DNA of 53,756 nucleotides from a virus: IMG/VR virus record IMGVR_UViG_3300018411_000004; one strand, 5' to 3'. Shown piece by piece: positions 25,128 to 33,945 of this stretch (position 1 is its first letter; each line of letters starts with the position of its first letter). The notes under the pieces were generated by a model. It saw only the letters and a program-made list of their open reading frames with translations, ran no database searches and was not told where the DNA came from. The position numbers and the translations under genes were made by a program.

Positions 25128-25143
25128 TACAAAATTATGGTAA
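25109..25143 (+). repeat. 35-bp direct repeat, copy 2, carrying a vestigial MIQNYG start
   Basis: Identical to 24381-24415. The ATG at 25124 opens only a 14-codon ORF. Confidence 0.9.
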
Positions 25144-25160
25144 ATTGGTAGGTTGTAATT

Positions 25161-25520
25161 ATGGATAGTATCTTAAACAGTATTAAAAAACTTCTTGGTA
25201 TAACTGCTGATTATACTCAATTCGATACGGATATTACGATCCATATCAACACGATAATCTCAATCCTATCACAAATAGGTGTTGGTCCAACTACTGGTTT
25301 TGTTATTACCAGTGCTACAGATAAATGGAGCGATTGGTTAACCACTTCTACCGATCTCGAGTCCGTAAAAACCTACATCTATCTCCGAGTTCGGTTGTTG
25401 TTTGATCCACCAACAAATTCAGCAGTGACAAAATCATATGAACAAATAATCAGAGAGTTGGAATGTAGATTACTCACAACTACAGATCCACCATTAGTCG
25501 AGGAGGTAATTGAACAGTGA
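25161..25520 (+). CDS. Head-tail connector-like / DNA-packaging protein (tentative)
   Basis: 119 aa. The N-terminal SILNSIKKLLGI..DYTQFD pattern is reminiscent of gp6-like connectors. Confidence 0.35.
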   Translation: MDSILNSIKKLLGITADYTQFDTDITIHINTIISILSQIGVGPTTGFVITSATDKWSDWLTTSTDLESVKTYIYLRVRLLFDPPTNSAVTKSYEQIIRELECRLLTTTDPPLVEEVIEQ

Positions 25521-25933
25521 CACAAAATGAATTAACCCATTATGGGAAACTCGGAATGCGTTGGGGTGTTCGAAAATCGCCAACCGTTGATGATTTAAAA
25601 ACCGGAAATAAGTTGGTTAAAGAAACCGGAGGTCTTGTAAGAGGTGGTAGAGAAATTAATACGGCTGTGAAAAAACACAGAGAACAGCGTATTAAAAATA
25701 CTCCTCAAAGGAAACCGAGAGGGCTTTCTCAGATGACCGATAAAGAGTTGCAAGCGAAAGTTCAGAGACTTAATATGGAACGACAATATGCAGACTTAAC
25801 TCGCCAACCGCAACAAAGACTGAAAGGGCAAGAAGCTCTTGAAACTACTTTAAATGTTGCAGGAGGAGTTGTTACTGCAGTTGGTTCGGCTCTAAGTATT
25901 GCACTTATGATGAAACAATTATCTGGTAACTAA
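25517..25933 (+). CDS. Leader-motif family protein 2 (C-terminal TM anchor)
   Basis: 138 aa with a GTG start in a GTGA overlap. MTQNELTHYGKLGMRWGVRKS. C-terminal VAGGVVTAVGSALSIALMM. Confidence 0.7.
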   Translation: MTQNELTHYGKLGMRWGVRKSPTVDDLKTGNKLVKETGGLVRGGREINTAVKKHREQRIKNTPQRKPRGLSQMTDKELQAKVQRLNMERQYADLTRQPQQRLKGQEALETTLNVAGGVVTAVGSALSIALMMKQLSGN

Positions 25934-25934
25934 C

Positions 25935-26828
25935 ATGTGGCAGTATAATCATACAAATCAATTAACCCACTATGGTGTGAAGGGAATGCGGTGGGGTCAT
26001 CGTAAAAAAGTCGACTTAACAAATGTCAGAAACACCGCTGAAAAAACCATATATGCAATTGGCGCAAATTTGAACCCTCGAGAAGCCAAATACAAACTGC
26101 GTAAGGTTACAAATAGAACCAACGATAACGTGAAAAGTTTAGCTGATTTAACATTAACTTCTACTCATGTGAGTGGTAAACTGCCGAAAAACGAAAAGGC
26201 TTTAAAAGCCATAGAGAGTGTTGGTATACAAAAACATAAAGATGCTAAGTATTCAAATTTAGATCATAACGATTTAAAAAATCTAAAGGTCTATACGGAC
26301 TCTGCTCGATATTCAAGAAACGTTAATAGTTTTTTAGCTATTGGGACTCCAAAAGAATACGCAGCTGAAGCGGCAAAACTTAAGAAGACTCTTCAAAAGA
26401 ATACGGTAAGTGATACTACCGTGTACCGAAGTTGTAATTTAAAGTTTTCAACCAACGGTCTTGCTAAAAAACTCGATACAATGAGCGAGAAAGAACTTGG
26501 TGATATGTTTTCCGGAATGTCTAAGAATTTCTCAGGAAAATCTTTAAATGAAAACCGGGTATTCTCAACAAGCACATCGCCATTGTTCGCGATTGATACT
26601 TGGAGGAAGGTTAACCCAACGGCGGCTAAAACTTATAATACCTACATGATTATCAATACTAAAAACTGTCCTGGTTTATTAGCTGACGGGACTACGAGTG
26701 ATGGTAAAAAACTCGTAAATACTAGAAGTAATCAAGAGGCTATACTAGCTCCAAATAAGTTAACTTATAAGAAGATGGAGTATGACGCCGAGCGCGGAAT
26801 GTTCGCGGTTACGGTGGAAGCTACTTAA
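25935..26828 (+). CDS. Leader-motif family protein 3 with an ADP-ribosyltransferase (R-S-E type) toxin-like domain
   Basis: 297 aa. MWQYNHTNQLTHYGVKGMRWGHR, then YTDSARYSRNVNSFL, VYRS (Arg), FSTSTS (STS), and NQEAILAP (catalytic Glu). Confidence 0.65.
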   Translation: MWQYNHTNQLTHYGVKGMRWGHRKKVDLTNVRNTAEKTIYAIGANLNPREAKYKLRKVTNRTNDNVKSLADLTLTSTHVSGKLPKNEKALKAIESVGIQKHKDAKYSNLDHNDLKNLKVYTDSARYSRNVNSFLAIGTPKEYAAEAAKLKKTLQKNTVSDTTVYRSCNLKFSTNGLAKKLDTMSEKELGDMFSGMSKNFSGKSLNENRVFSTSTSPLFAIDTWRKVNPTAAKTYNTYMIINTKNCPGLLADGTTSDGKKLVNTRSNQEAILAPNKLTYKKMEYDAERGMFAVTVEAT

Positions 26829-26848
26829 AAAATATAGGAGAAATCAAA

Positions 26849-27004
26849 ATGGATAAAGATTACGAAAATTTTGTAGGTCGAATGGGGAGTTTTGAAGATG
26901 AAATAGATCTTGATGAATTGGAATCTGTTCCAGATTTAGAACATTCTGGAAAAATAGTAGTTGACGAACTTTTACATTCTATGGGTGAAACAAAAGTTTT
27001 ATAA
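26849..27004 (+). CDS. Small acidic protein (51 aa), candidate ART partner or immunity protein
   Basis: Below the ORF-track cutoff. RBS taggag. MDKDYENFVGRMGSFEDEIDLDELESVPDLEHSGKIVVDELLHSMGETKVL. Confidence 0.45.
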   Translation: MDKDYENFVGRMGSFEDEIDLDELESVPDLEHSGKIVVDELLHSMGETKVL

Positions 27005-27017
27005 AAAGGAGTAAAAC

Positions 27018-28763
27018 ATGGCGTTATCTAACACCGCAGTTCCAAAATACTACGGCTTGTTTAGAGAGGCTGTAGTGCGAGGAGAAATACCGGTGTGCAA
27101 AGAAATCTCTATGGAGATGAACCGCATCGATGAACTTATCGCAAATCCTGGAGTTTTCTACGACGATCTCGCTGTAGAAGGTTGGATAGAATACTGTGAG
27201 AACGAATTAACACTTACTGATGGTACTGATTTAAACTTATTAGAGTCGTTTAAGATTTGGGGAGAGCAAGTTTTCGGCTGGTATTACTATGTTGAGCGAA
27301 GTGTCTATGAACCTTATGAAAACGACCGAGGAGGAAGATATGTAAAACGAGCAGTCAAGAAAAGGCTAATCAACAAACAATACTTAATCGTTGGTCGTGG
27401 TGCAGCAAAGTCTTTATATGACTCCTGCATTCAATCATTCTTCGAAAACGTCGATGTAACAACCACACATCAAATTACGACAGCCCCTACAATGAAGCAA
27501 GCTGAAGAGGTCATGTCTCCAATCCGTACAGCTATCACTAGAGCCAGAGGTCCGCTGTTTAAGTTCTTAACAGAAGGATCATTACAGAACACTACTGGGT
27601 CTCGGGCTAATAGACAAAAACTCGTATCCACTAAAAAGGGTATCGAGAACTTTCTGACCGGATCGCTACTCGAAGTACGCCCAATGTCAATCATAAAACT
27701 CCAAGGTTTGCGTGTTAAGATCGCTACTGTGGATGAATGGTTGTCTGGTGACATTAGAGAAGACGTAATTGGAGCAATTGAACAGGGTGCGTCCAAAGTT
27801 GACGACTATCTGATCATCGCAACCAGTTCGGAAGGTACTGTCCGTAACGGATCTGGTGATACAATCAAAATGGAGTTACAAGACATATTAAAAGGTGATT
27901 ATGTAAACCCGCATGTTTCGATCTGGTGGTATAAACTCGACACTGTCGAAGAAGTTTCTAATCCTGACATGTGGATGAAAGCAAACCCCAACATCGGTAA
28001 GACCGTTTCTTATGAAACCTATCAACTTGATGTTGAAAGAGCTGAAAACGCTCCAGCAGCTAGGAATGATATCCTGGCTAAACGTTTTGGAATCCCAATG
28101 GAGGGTTATACGTATTACTTCACTTACGAAGAAACTCTAACCCATCGAAAACGAGATTTTTGGCAAATGCCATGTGCTTTAGGAGCTGACCTTTCTCAAG
28201 GTGATGACTTCTGTGCTTTTACATTTATGTTCCCACTGGTTAATGGTTGTTTCGGAATTAAAACTCGAAATTATATTTCATCCTTAACTCTTATGAAACT
28301 GCCAGCGGCTATGCGATTCAAGTACGATCAATTCATGAACGAGGGAAGTCTTATTGTTCTTGAGGGTACGGTTCTTGACATGATGGAAGTATATGAAGAT
28401 CTAGATGCTCATATTATTTCTATGGGCTACGACGTCCGATGTTTCGGTTTCGACCCATATAACGCAAAAGAGTTTGTAACTCGCTGGGAATTAGAGAACG
28501 GACCGTTCGGTTTGGAGAAAGTTATCCAAGGGGTTAAATCGGAGTCTGTACCACTCGGAGAACTCAAGAAACTTTCAGAAGAACGAATGTTAATCTTCGA
28601 CGAAGAACTAATGACTTTCGCTATGGGTAACTGTATAACTCTCGAAGACACGAATGGTAACCGTAAACTTTACAAGAAAAGACAAGAACAAAAAATCGAC
28701 GCTGTTGCGGCTATGATGGATGCTTATATAGCATACAAAGCTAATAAAGACGCGTTTGAATAG
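27018..28763 (+). CDS. terL: Terminase large subunit
   Basis: 581 aa. Walker A-like VGRGAAKS, Walker B KIATVDEW, and a C-terminal nuclease region. Sits close upstream of portal, separated by one leader-family gene. Confidence 0.85.
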   Translation: MALSNTAVPKYYGLFREAVVRGEIPVCKEISMEMNRIDELIANPGVFYDDLAVEGWIEYCENELTLTDGTDLNLLESFKIWGEQVFGWYYYVERSVYEPYENDRGGRYVKRAVKKRLINKQYLIVGRGAAKSLYDSCIQSFFENVDVTTTHQITTAPTMKQAEEVMSPIRTAITRARGPLFKFLTEGSLQNTTGSRANRQKLVSTKKGIENFLTGSLLEVRPMSIIKLQGLRVKIATVDEWLSGDIREDVIGAIEQGASKVDDYLIIATSSEGTVRNGSGDTIKMELQDILKGDYVNPHVSIWWYKLDTVEEVSNPDMWMKANPNIGKTVSYETYQLDVERAENAPAARNDILAKRFGIPMEGYTYYFTYEETLTHRKRDFWQMPCALGADLSQGDDFCAFTFMFPLVNGCFGIKTRNYISSLTLMKLPAAMRFKYDQFMNEGSLIVLEGTVLDMMEVYEDLDAHIISMGYDVRCFGFDPYNAKEFVTRWELENGPFGLEKVIQGVKSESVPLGELKKLSEERMLIFDEELMTFAMGNCITLEDTNGNRKLYKKRQEQKIDAVAAMMDAYIAYKANKDAFE

Positions 28764-28775
28764 AAAGGATTTAAT

Positions 28776-29261
28776 ATGTGGCAATATAATCATTTACACC
28801 CGAATGATGAACTTATTCATTATGGTAAAAAGGGAATGAAATGGGGGCATCGGACAGGTTCGAAACCCGCAATCGTTAGTAATGTTGTTCGTGGACGACT
28901 TATAGGTAAATACGGGAATACGAAATACAACCAGGCAAGAGCTCAAAAGAAAGGTCGAGTAAAATCGGCAGCAATCGGCGTTGGTAATCAGATAGCAGAT
29001 AATTTTACACTTGGGTATAGACAAGTAAAAGACGCTAAAAAAATAACTGGCGATAAATCAAAAACAAAGGTTGGAAGCACTATTGCTAAGAATTTAATAC
29101 TTGGCGGCTACGGCACAACCAAGTACAATCAACTCCGTAAAGATAAGCAACCGATTGGAGAATCAGTTATCAAAGCTTTTGGTGCTACCATTGCAAACGA
29201 TTTAACCCTTGGGTATGTTCAAGCATACGATTCTCAACAAAAAGGTAAATTCTTAAGATAG
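28776..29261 (+). CDS. Leader-motif family protein 4 (internally duplicated basic domain)
   Basis: 161 aa. MWQYNHLHPNDELIHYGKKGMKWGHR. Internal repeat GKYGNTKYNQ...NFTLGYRQ / GGYGTTKYNQ...DLTLGYVQ. Confidence 0.7.
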   Translation: MWQYNHLHPNDELIHYGKKGMKWGHRTGSKPAIVSNVVRGRLIGKYGNTKYNQARAQKKGRVKSAAIGVGNQIADNFTLGYRQVKDAKKITGDKSKTKVGSTIAKNLILGGYGTTKYNQLRKDKQPIGESVIKAFGATIANDLTLGYVQAYDSQQKGKFLR

Positions 29262-29287
29262 TAAACCGAGAAAGGTAAAAATTCAAA

Positions 29288-30514
29288 ATGGAGAATACTA
29301 TAGGTTCTAGATTAAAACACGCTTGGAATGCGTTTACAAACAAAGATCCAACTCCGTACTATAGTTCCTATAGTGGAGGAAGTTCTAGTTACCGACCAGA
29401 CCGACCTAGATTCGGAATGGGTAATGAACGATCTATCGTGACATCTGTATACAACCGCATTGCTATGGATGCTGCTTCTGTATCGATCAGACACATCCGT
29501 ATGGATGAGAATCGCCAGTTCATTGAGACTATCAACTCTGGTTTAAACTCCTGCTTTAATCTAGAGGCAAATATCGATCAAACCGGTAGACTCTTTGTAC
29601 AGGATGCAGTGATGTCGATGCTTGATGAAGGTTGTGTGGCTTTAGTGCCAGTTGATACATCGTTAGATCCGAAGGTAAGTAACTCTTATGATATTCTGTC
29701 GATAAGAACTGCTAAGATCTTACAATGGCAACCTGCGCATATTCAGATTCGTATTTACAATGACAAAACCGGTCAGAAAGAAGATATTTACGTTCCGAAA
29801 AGTATGGTTGCTATTATCGAAAATCCTTTGTATGCTGTAATTAACGAACCGAACTCAACGATGCAGCGATTGATTCGAAAACTAAATTTACTCGATTCTA
29901 TCGATGACCAGAGCGGTCGTGGTAAATTGGATTTAATCATGCAACTTCCTTACGTTATTAAAACTGAGGCGAGAAAGCAACAAGCTGAAAAAAGAATGAA
30001 GGACATTGAAGACCAGTTATCCGGGTCGACATATGGTATTGCATATACCGACGGAACTGAGAAAATCGTTCAACTTAACAGACCGATCGGCAATAATCTA
30101 ATGGGTCAGATTGAATATTTAACGAGTATGCTATACAGCCAGTTAGGTATCACACAGAGCATATTAGATGGAACTGCTGATGAGAAGACCATGTTGAACT
30201 ATCACAACCGTACGATAGAGCCTATCATATCGTCAATCACCGATGAGATGAAGCGAAAATTCTTGACGAAGACCGCAAGATCGCAAAATCAATCGATAAC
30301 ATTCTTTAGAGATCCATTTAAACTCGTTCCGGTAAATGATCTGGCAGAAATTGCAGATAAGTTTACTAGAAACGAGATCTTAACATCCAATGAGGTTCGT
30401 CAGATCATCGGTATGAAACCTTCAACCGATCCAAAAGCTGATGAATTAAGAAACAAAAACATTACACAACCGATGGAACAAGGTTCTGTCGATCCTGTAC
30501 AGGAAGGATATTGA
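29288..30514 (+). CDS. Portal protein
   Basis: 408 aa. Lies between TerL and the protease-capsid gene. Confidence 0.6.
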   Translation: MENTIGSRLKHAWNAFTNKDPTPYYSSYSGGSSSYRPDRPRFGMGNERSIVTSVYNRIAMDAASVSIRHIRMDENRQFIETINSGLNSCFNLEANIDQTGRLFVQDAVMSMLDEGCVALVPVDTSLDPKVSNSYDILSIRTAKILQWQPAHIQIRIYNDKTGQKEDIYVPKSMVAIIENPLYAVINEPNSTMQRLIRKLNLLDSIDDQSGRGKLDLIMQLPYVIKTEARKQQAEKRMKDIEDQLSGSTYGIAYTDGTEKIVQLNRPIGNNLMGQIEYLTSMLYSQLGITQSILDGTADEKTMLNYHNRTIEPIISSITDEMKRKFLTKTARSQNQSITFFRDPFKLVPVNDLAEIADKFTRNEILTSNEVRQIIGMKPSTDPKADELRNKNITQPMEQGSVDPVQEGY

Positions 30515-30517
30515 CGT

Positions 30518-32257
30518 ATGAAACAAAAATACGATTTTAGTGGTTGGGCTACCAGAAACGGGCTTAAATGTTCAGATGGTAGAACTATCATGAAAGACGC
30601 CTTTCAACATAATGATGGGCAAACGGTTCCATTAGTATGGAATCATCAACATAATGATCATATGAACATTCTAGGTCATGCCTTGTTGGAAAATCGAAAA
30701 GAAGGTGTCTATGCATATTGCACTTTCAACGATACCGACTCTGGAAAGAATGCTAAACTACTTGTGGAACACGGAGACGTTTCTGCACTATCCATATATG
30801 CCAATCAATTGAAACAGCAAGGTGGAAATGTCCTTCACGGGGCTATAAAAGAAGTAAGTTTGGTTTTAGCAGGAGCTAATCCTGGAGCATTCATCGATTC
30901 AATCATCAGACATGGTGAAGAATCGGAAGAAGAAGCTGTCATCTATACTGGTGAGAGTTTAAGTATGTACCATGCCGAAGAGACTTTAAACCACAAGGAG
31001 GAAGAAATCAAAATGGCAGACGAAACAAAAGCACCAGTAGGTGAATCGGAAGAAACCGTACAAGACGTATTCAACACGCTTAATGAAAAGCAGAAAACCG
31101 TTGTATACGCATTAATTGGTCAGGCGTTAGAAGAAGTCCAAGCAAGCGGCGACATGCAGCAATCGGAAATTGATGAAATTAGAGGAGACTTAGAATTTAT
31201 GAAACACAACTTGTTTGAAAATGAAGAAATGCCAGGAGTTGGAGTATTAACTCATGCTGAAATGGAGGCCGTGATCTCCGATGCTAAACGTTATGGAAGC
31301 TTGAAAGAAGCTGTATTAGCGCATGGTATTACCGACATTGACTTCTTGTTCCCGGATGCTAAAACCATCGACGGTGTTCCAAGCTTTATCCAACGCGATA
31401 TGGGCTGGGTCAACACTGTAATGAATAAAACTCACCACACACCATTCTCTCGAATCAAATCAATCTTTGCAAACATCACCGAAGACGATGCTCGAGCTAA
31501 AGGTTACATCACAGGCTCTTTGAAGAAAGAGGAAGTATTCAGTTTGTTGAAACGAACAACTACACCAACAACTATCTACAAGAAACAGAAACTTGATCGT
31601 GATGACGTCATCGACATCACTGATTTCGATGTTGTAGCCTGGTTAAAAGGTGAAATGCGAATGATGCTTGATGAAGAAATCGCAAGAGCCGTATTGGTTG
31701 GTGACGGTCGTCTGAATTCTTCAGATGATAAGATCAAGGAAGACAACATTCGACCGGTTTGGACCGATGCGGATTTATACACTGTGAAACAAGCCGTTTC
31801 CGTCGCTTCAAATGCTACTGCAGATGAAACCGCAAAAGCTTTTATTCGAGCTGCGATCAAATCTCGTAAACTTTACAAAGGTTCTGGAAACCCAACTCTG
31901 TACACCACTGAAGACGTACTTACCGATTGCTTGTTGATGGAAGATACAACCGGCCGTGTAATCTATGACACTGTTGATAAACTGGCCACCGCACTTCGTG
32001 TAAGCTCGATCGTTACTGTTCCAGTAATGGAAAACCTAACTCGAGTTGACGCTGATACCAAAACCAGAACCTTGATGGGTATTATCGTAAATCTTGCAGA
32101 TTATAATATCGGCGCCGATAAAGGAGGGGCTGTAAACATGTTCGATGATTTCGACATCGATTACAATGCTCAGAAATACCTAATCGAAACCAGATGCTCT
32201 GGAGCATTAGTTACTCCTTACAGTGCAATTGCTCTGGAAAAATTAGTAACCGCTTAA
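30518..32257 (+). CDS. Prohead protease (HK97/S78-like) fused to the major capsid protein
   Basis: 579 aa. The N-terminal 150 aa are protease-like (VPLVWNHQH...SALSIYA). An acidic linker follows. The C-terminal 330 aa are capsid-like (DITDFDVVAWLKGEMRMMLDEEIARAVLVGDGR). Confidence 0.7.
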   Translation: MKQKYDFSGWATRNGLKCSDGRTIMKDAFQHNDGQTVPLVWNHQHNDHMNILGHALLENRKEGVYAYCTFNDTDSGKNAKLLVEHGDVSALSIYANQLKQQGGNVLHGAIKEVSLVLAGANPGAFIDSIIRHGEESEEEAVIYTGESLSMYHAEETLNHKEEEIKMADETKAPVGESEETVQDVFNTLNEKQKTVVYALIGQALEEVQASGDMQQSEIDEIRGDLEFMKHNLFENEEMPGVGVLTHAEMEAVISDAKRYGSLKEAVLAHGITDIDFLFPDAKTIDGVPSFIQRDMGWVNTVMNKTHHTPFSRIKSIFANITEDDARAKGYITGSLKKEEVFSLLKRTTTPTTIYKKQKLDRDDVIDITDFDVVAWLKGEMRMMLDEEIARAVLVGDGRLNSSDDKIKEDNIRPVWTDADLYTVKQAVSVASNATADETAKAFIRAAIKSRKLYKGSGNPTLYTTEDVLTDCLLMEDTTGRVIYDTVDKLATALRVSSIVTVPVMENLTRVDADTKTRTLMGIIVNLADYNIGADKGGAVNMFDDFDIDYNAQKYLIETRCSGALVTPYSAIALEKLVTA

Positions 32258-32328
32258 TCTGACCTCCGTGATGGCGGTTCTGACTTCTTGTTGGTGCCGC
32301 CTAATAATTACTTAGAAAGGAATTCAAA

Positions 32329-32643
32329 ATGGCAAAGTTTTATGGATCGATAGGTTATGCTATCCCAGAAGAATCAGCCCCTGGTGTTTGGGAAGATCGA
32401 ATAGTAGAACATTCTTACTATGGTGATGTAATCCGTAACAAGAGAAAGCTACAATCCTCGAGTCAACTGAATGATAATATCGTAGTGTCAAATGAGATCA
32501 GTATTCTATCAGACCCATTCGCCAATGAGAATTTTCATTACATGAGATATGTTACATATATGGGTGCTAAATGGAAAGTGTCAGATGTTGAGGTAATTTA
32601 TCCTAGACTTATTCTAACTTTAGGAGAGGTTTATAATGGGTAG
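32329..32643 (+). CDS. Head-tail joining / virion structural protein (tentative)
   Basis: 104 aa. Call based on position after the capsid gene. Confidence 0.45.
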   Translation: MAKFYGSIGYAIPEESAPGVWEDRIVEHSYYGDVIRNKRKLQSSSQLNDNIVVSNEISILSDPFANENFHYMRYVTYMGAKWKVSDVEVIYPRLILTLGEVYNG

Positions 32644-32941
32644 TAGAATTGAACTCCAAACATTATTAGAAAATCTTGCTGGTACGAAAAATGTTTATTT
32701 CCAACCGCCAGCAGGACTTTCCATGAAGTATCCCGCAATTGTTTATGAGCGAAGTAAACTTTCGAATAAGTTTGCTAACGATCTTGTGTATTCACAAAAA
32801 CAAAGTTATAGCGTCACGGTTATAGATTCGAATCCGGATAGTACATTGGTTAGTAAGGTATCTAAACTACCACGTTGCCAACCGGATAGATCTTTTAAGA
32901 ATGATAATCTTAACCATGATGTTTTCATACTATACTTTTGA
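32636..32941 (+). CDS. Head-tail joining / virion structural protein (tentative)
   Basis: 101 aa, overlapping the upstream gene. Confidence 0.45.
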   Translation: MGSRIELQTLLENLAGTKNVYFQPPAGLSMKYPAIVYERSKLSNKFANDLVYSQKQSYSVTVIDSNPDSTLVSKVSKLPRCQPDRSFKNDNLNHDVFILYF

Positions 32942-32957
32942 AAGGAGATAACTTCTC

Positions 32958-33194
32958 ATGCCCGAAGAAATAACTGTGGAAACTAAAGATGTCCAACCAA
33001 CGAAAAACGACATCAAACAAATTAAAGCTATTCAAACCGCTTTAGTCGATAAAGGCTTTGAGTGCCAAGTTGACGGAGTTTTAGGCCCTGCAACAACTAC
33101 CGCTATTAAAAGATTTCAGTCAGTCAATAGAAGTCGATTAAAAGTTGACGGTATTGCTGGCGATAAAACGTTAGCTTTGCTACTCGATAAATAA
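32958..33194 (+). CDS. Stand-alone peptidoglycan-binding domain protein (PG_binding_1-like)
   Basis: 78 aa. IKAIQTALVDKGF...VDGVLGPATTTAIKRFQ...VDGIAGDKTL. Confidence 0.7.
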   Translation: MPEEITVETKDVQPTKNDIKQIKAIQTALVDKGFECQVDGVLGPATTTAIKRFQSVNRSRLKVDGIAGDKTLALLLDK

Positions 33195-33222
33195 TAATTT
33201 TTAACTCAAAGGAGAACATAAT

Positions 33223-33876
33223 ATGCCAGCACTTACTTGGGATGATACAGGTGATCGTCTATATGAAACCGGCGTCAAGAAAGGCGTCTTATATCCACAA
33301 GCAGCTTTAGGTACTTACCCATTAGGGGTGGCTTGGAACGGTTTAGCCGCTGTTACCGAAAGCCCTTCTGGAGCAGAACCGACACCTATTTATGCAGATG
33401 ATATTAAGTATCTATCTTTAATGTCTGCCGAAGAATTCGGAGCAACAATCGAAGCTTACACCTATCCAGATGAATTCGCAGCTTGCGATGGATCAGTCGC
33501 GTTAACGGAAGGCGTTGTTATTGGGCAACAATCAAGACAATCTTTCGGTATGTGTTATCGAACAACTCTTGGTAATGATGTTGTTGGGGAAGCTTATGGT
33601 TATAAACTACATCTGATCTATGGAGCTATGGCTGCACCATCAGAAAAAGCTTATTCATCCATTAACGACTCGCCTGAAGCAATGACCATGTCTTGGGAAA
33701 TTACAACCACCCCGGTTGCCGTTACAGGTCATAAACCAACCGCATCAATTACCATCGATTCTACCAAAGTTGACGCCACTAAGTTAGAAGCTTTGGAAAA
33801 GATTTTATATGGTGACACCGTAGCAGCAAGACTCCCATTACCAGACGAAGTCAAAACCTTAATGGCTATCGTATAG
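33223..33876 (+). CDS. Major tail protein
   Basis: 217 aa. Followed by a strong terminator and then the chaperone genes and tape measure. Confidence 0.65.
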   Translation: MPALTWDDTGDRLYETGVKKGVLYPQAALGTYPLGVAWNGLAAVTESPSGAEPTPIYADDIKYLSLMSAEEFGATIEAYTYPDEFAACDGSVALTEGVVIGQQSRQSFGMCYRTTLGNDVVGEAYGYKLHLIYGAMAAPSEKAYSSINDSPEAMTMSWEITTTPVAVTGHKPTASITIDSTKVDATKLEALEKILYGDTVAARLPLPDEVKTLMAIV

Positions 33877-33885
33877 TCATGGTTC

Positions 33886-33915
33886 TAGAGGGGGTTTTAA
33901 CCTCCTCTATTTTTT
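33886..33915 (+). terminator. Intrinsic terminator
   Basis: tagaggggg-ttttaa-cctcctcta 9-bp stem followed by tttttt. Confidence 0.7.
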
Positions 33916-33945
33916 AAAAACTAACATAATAAAAGGAGATATGTA

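Noticed and set aside
32258-32328. Terminator after the capsid gene (GGCGG...CCGCC)
   Set aside because: The stem has only 5 bp with a loop of about 19 nt and no T-run, so it is not convincing as an intrinsic terminator.
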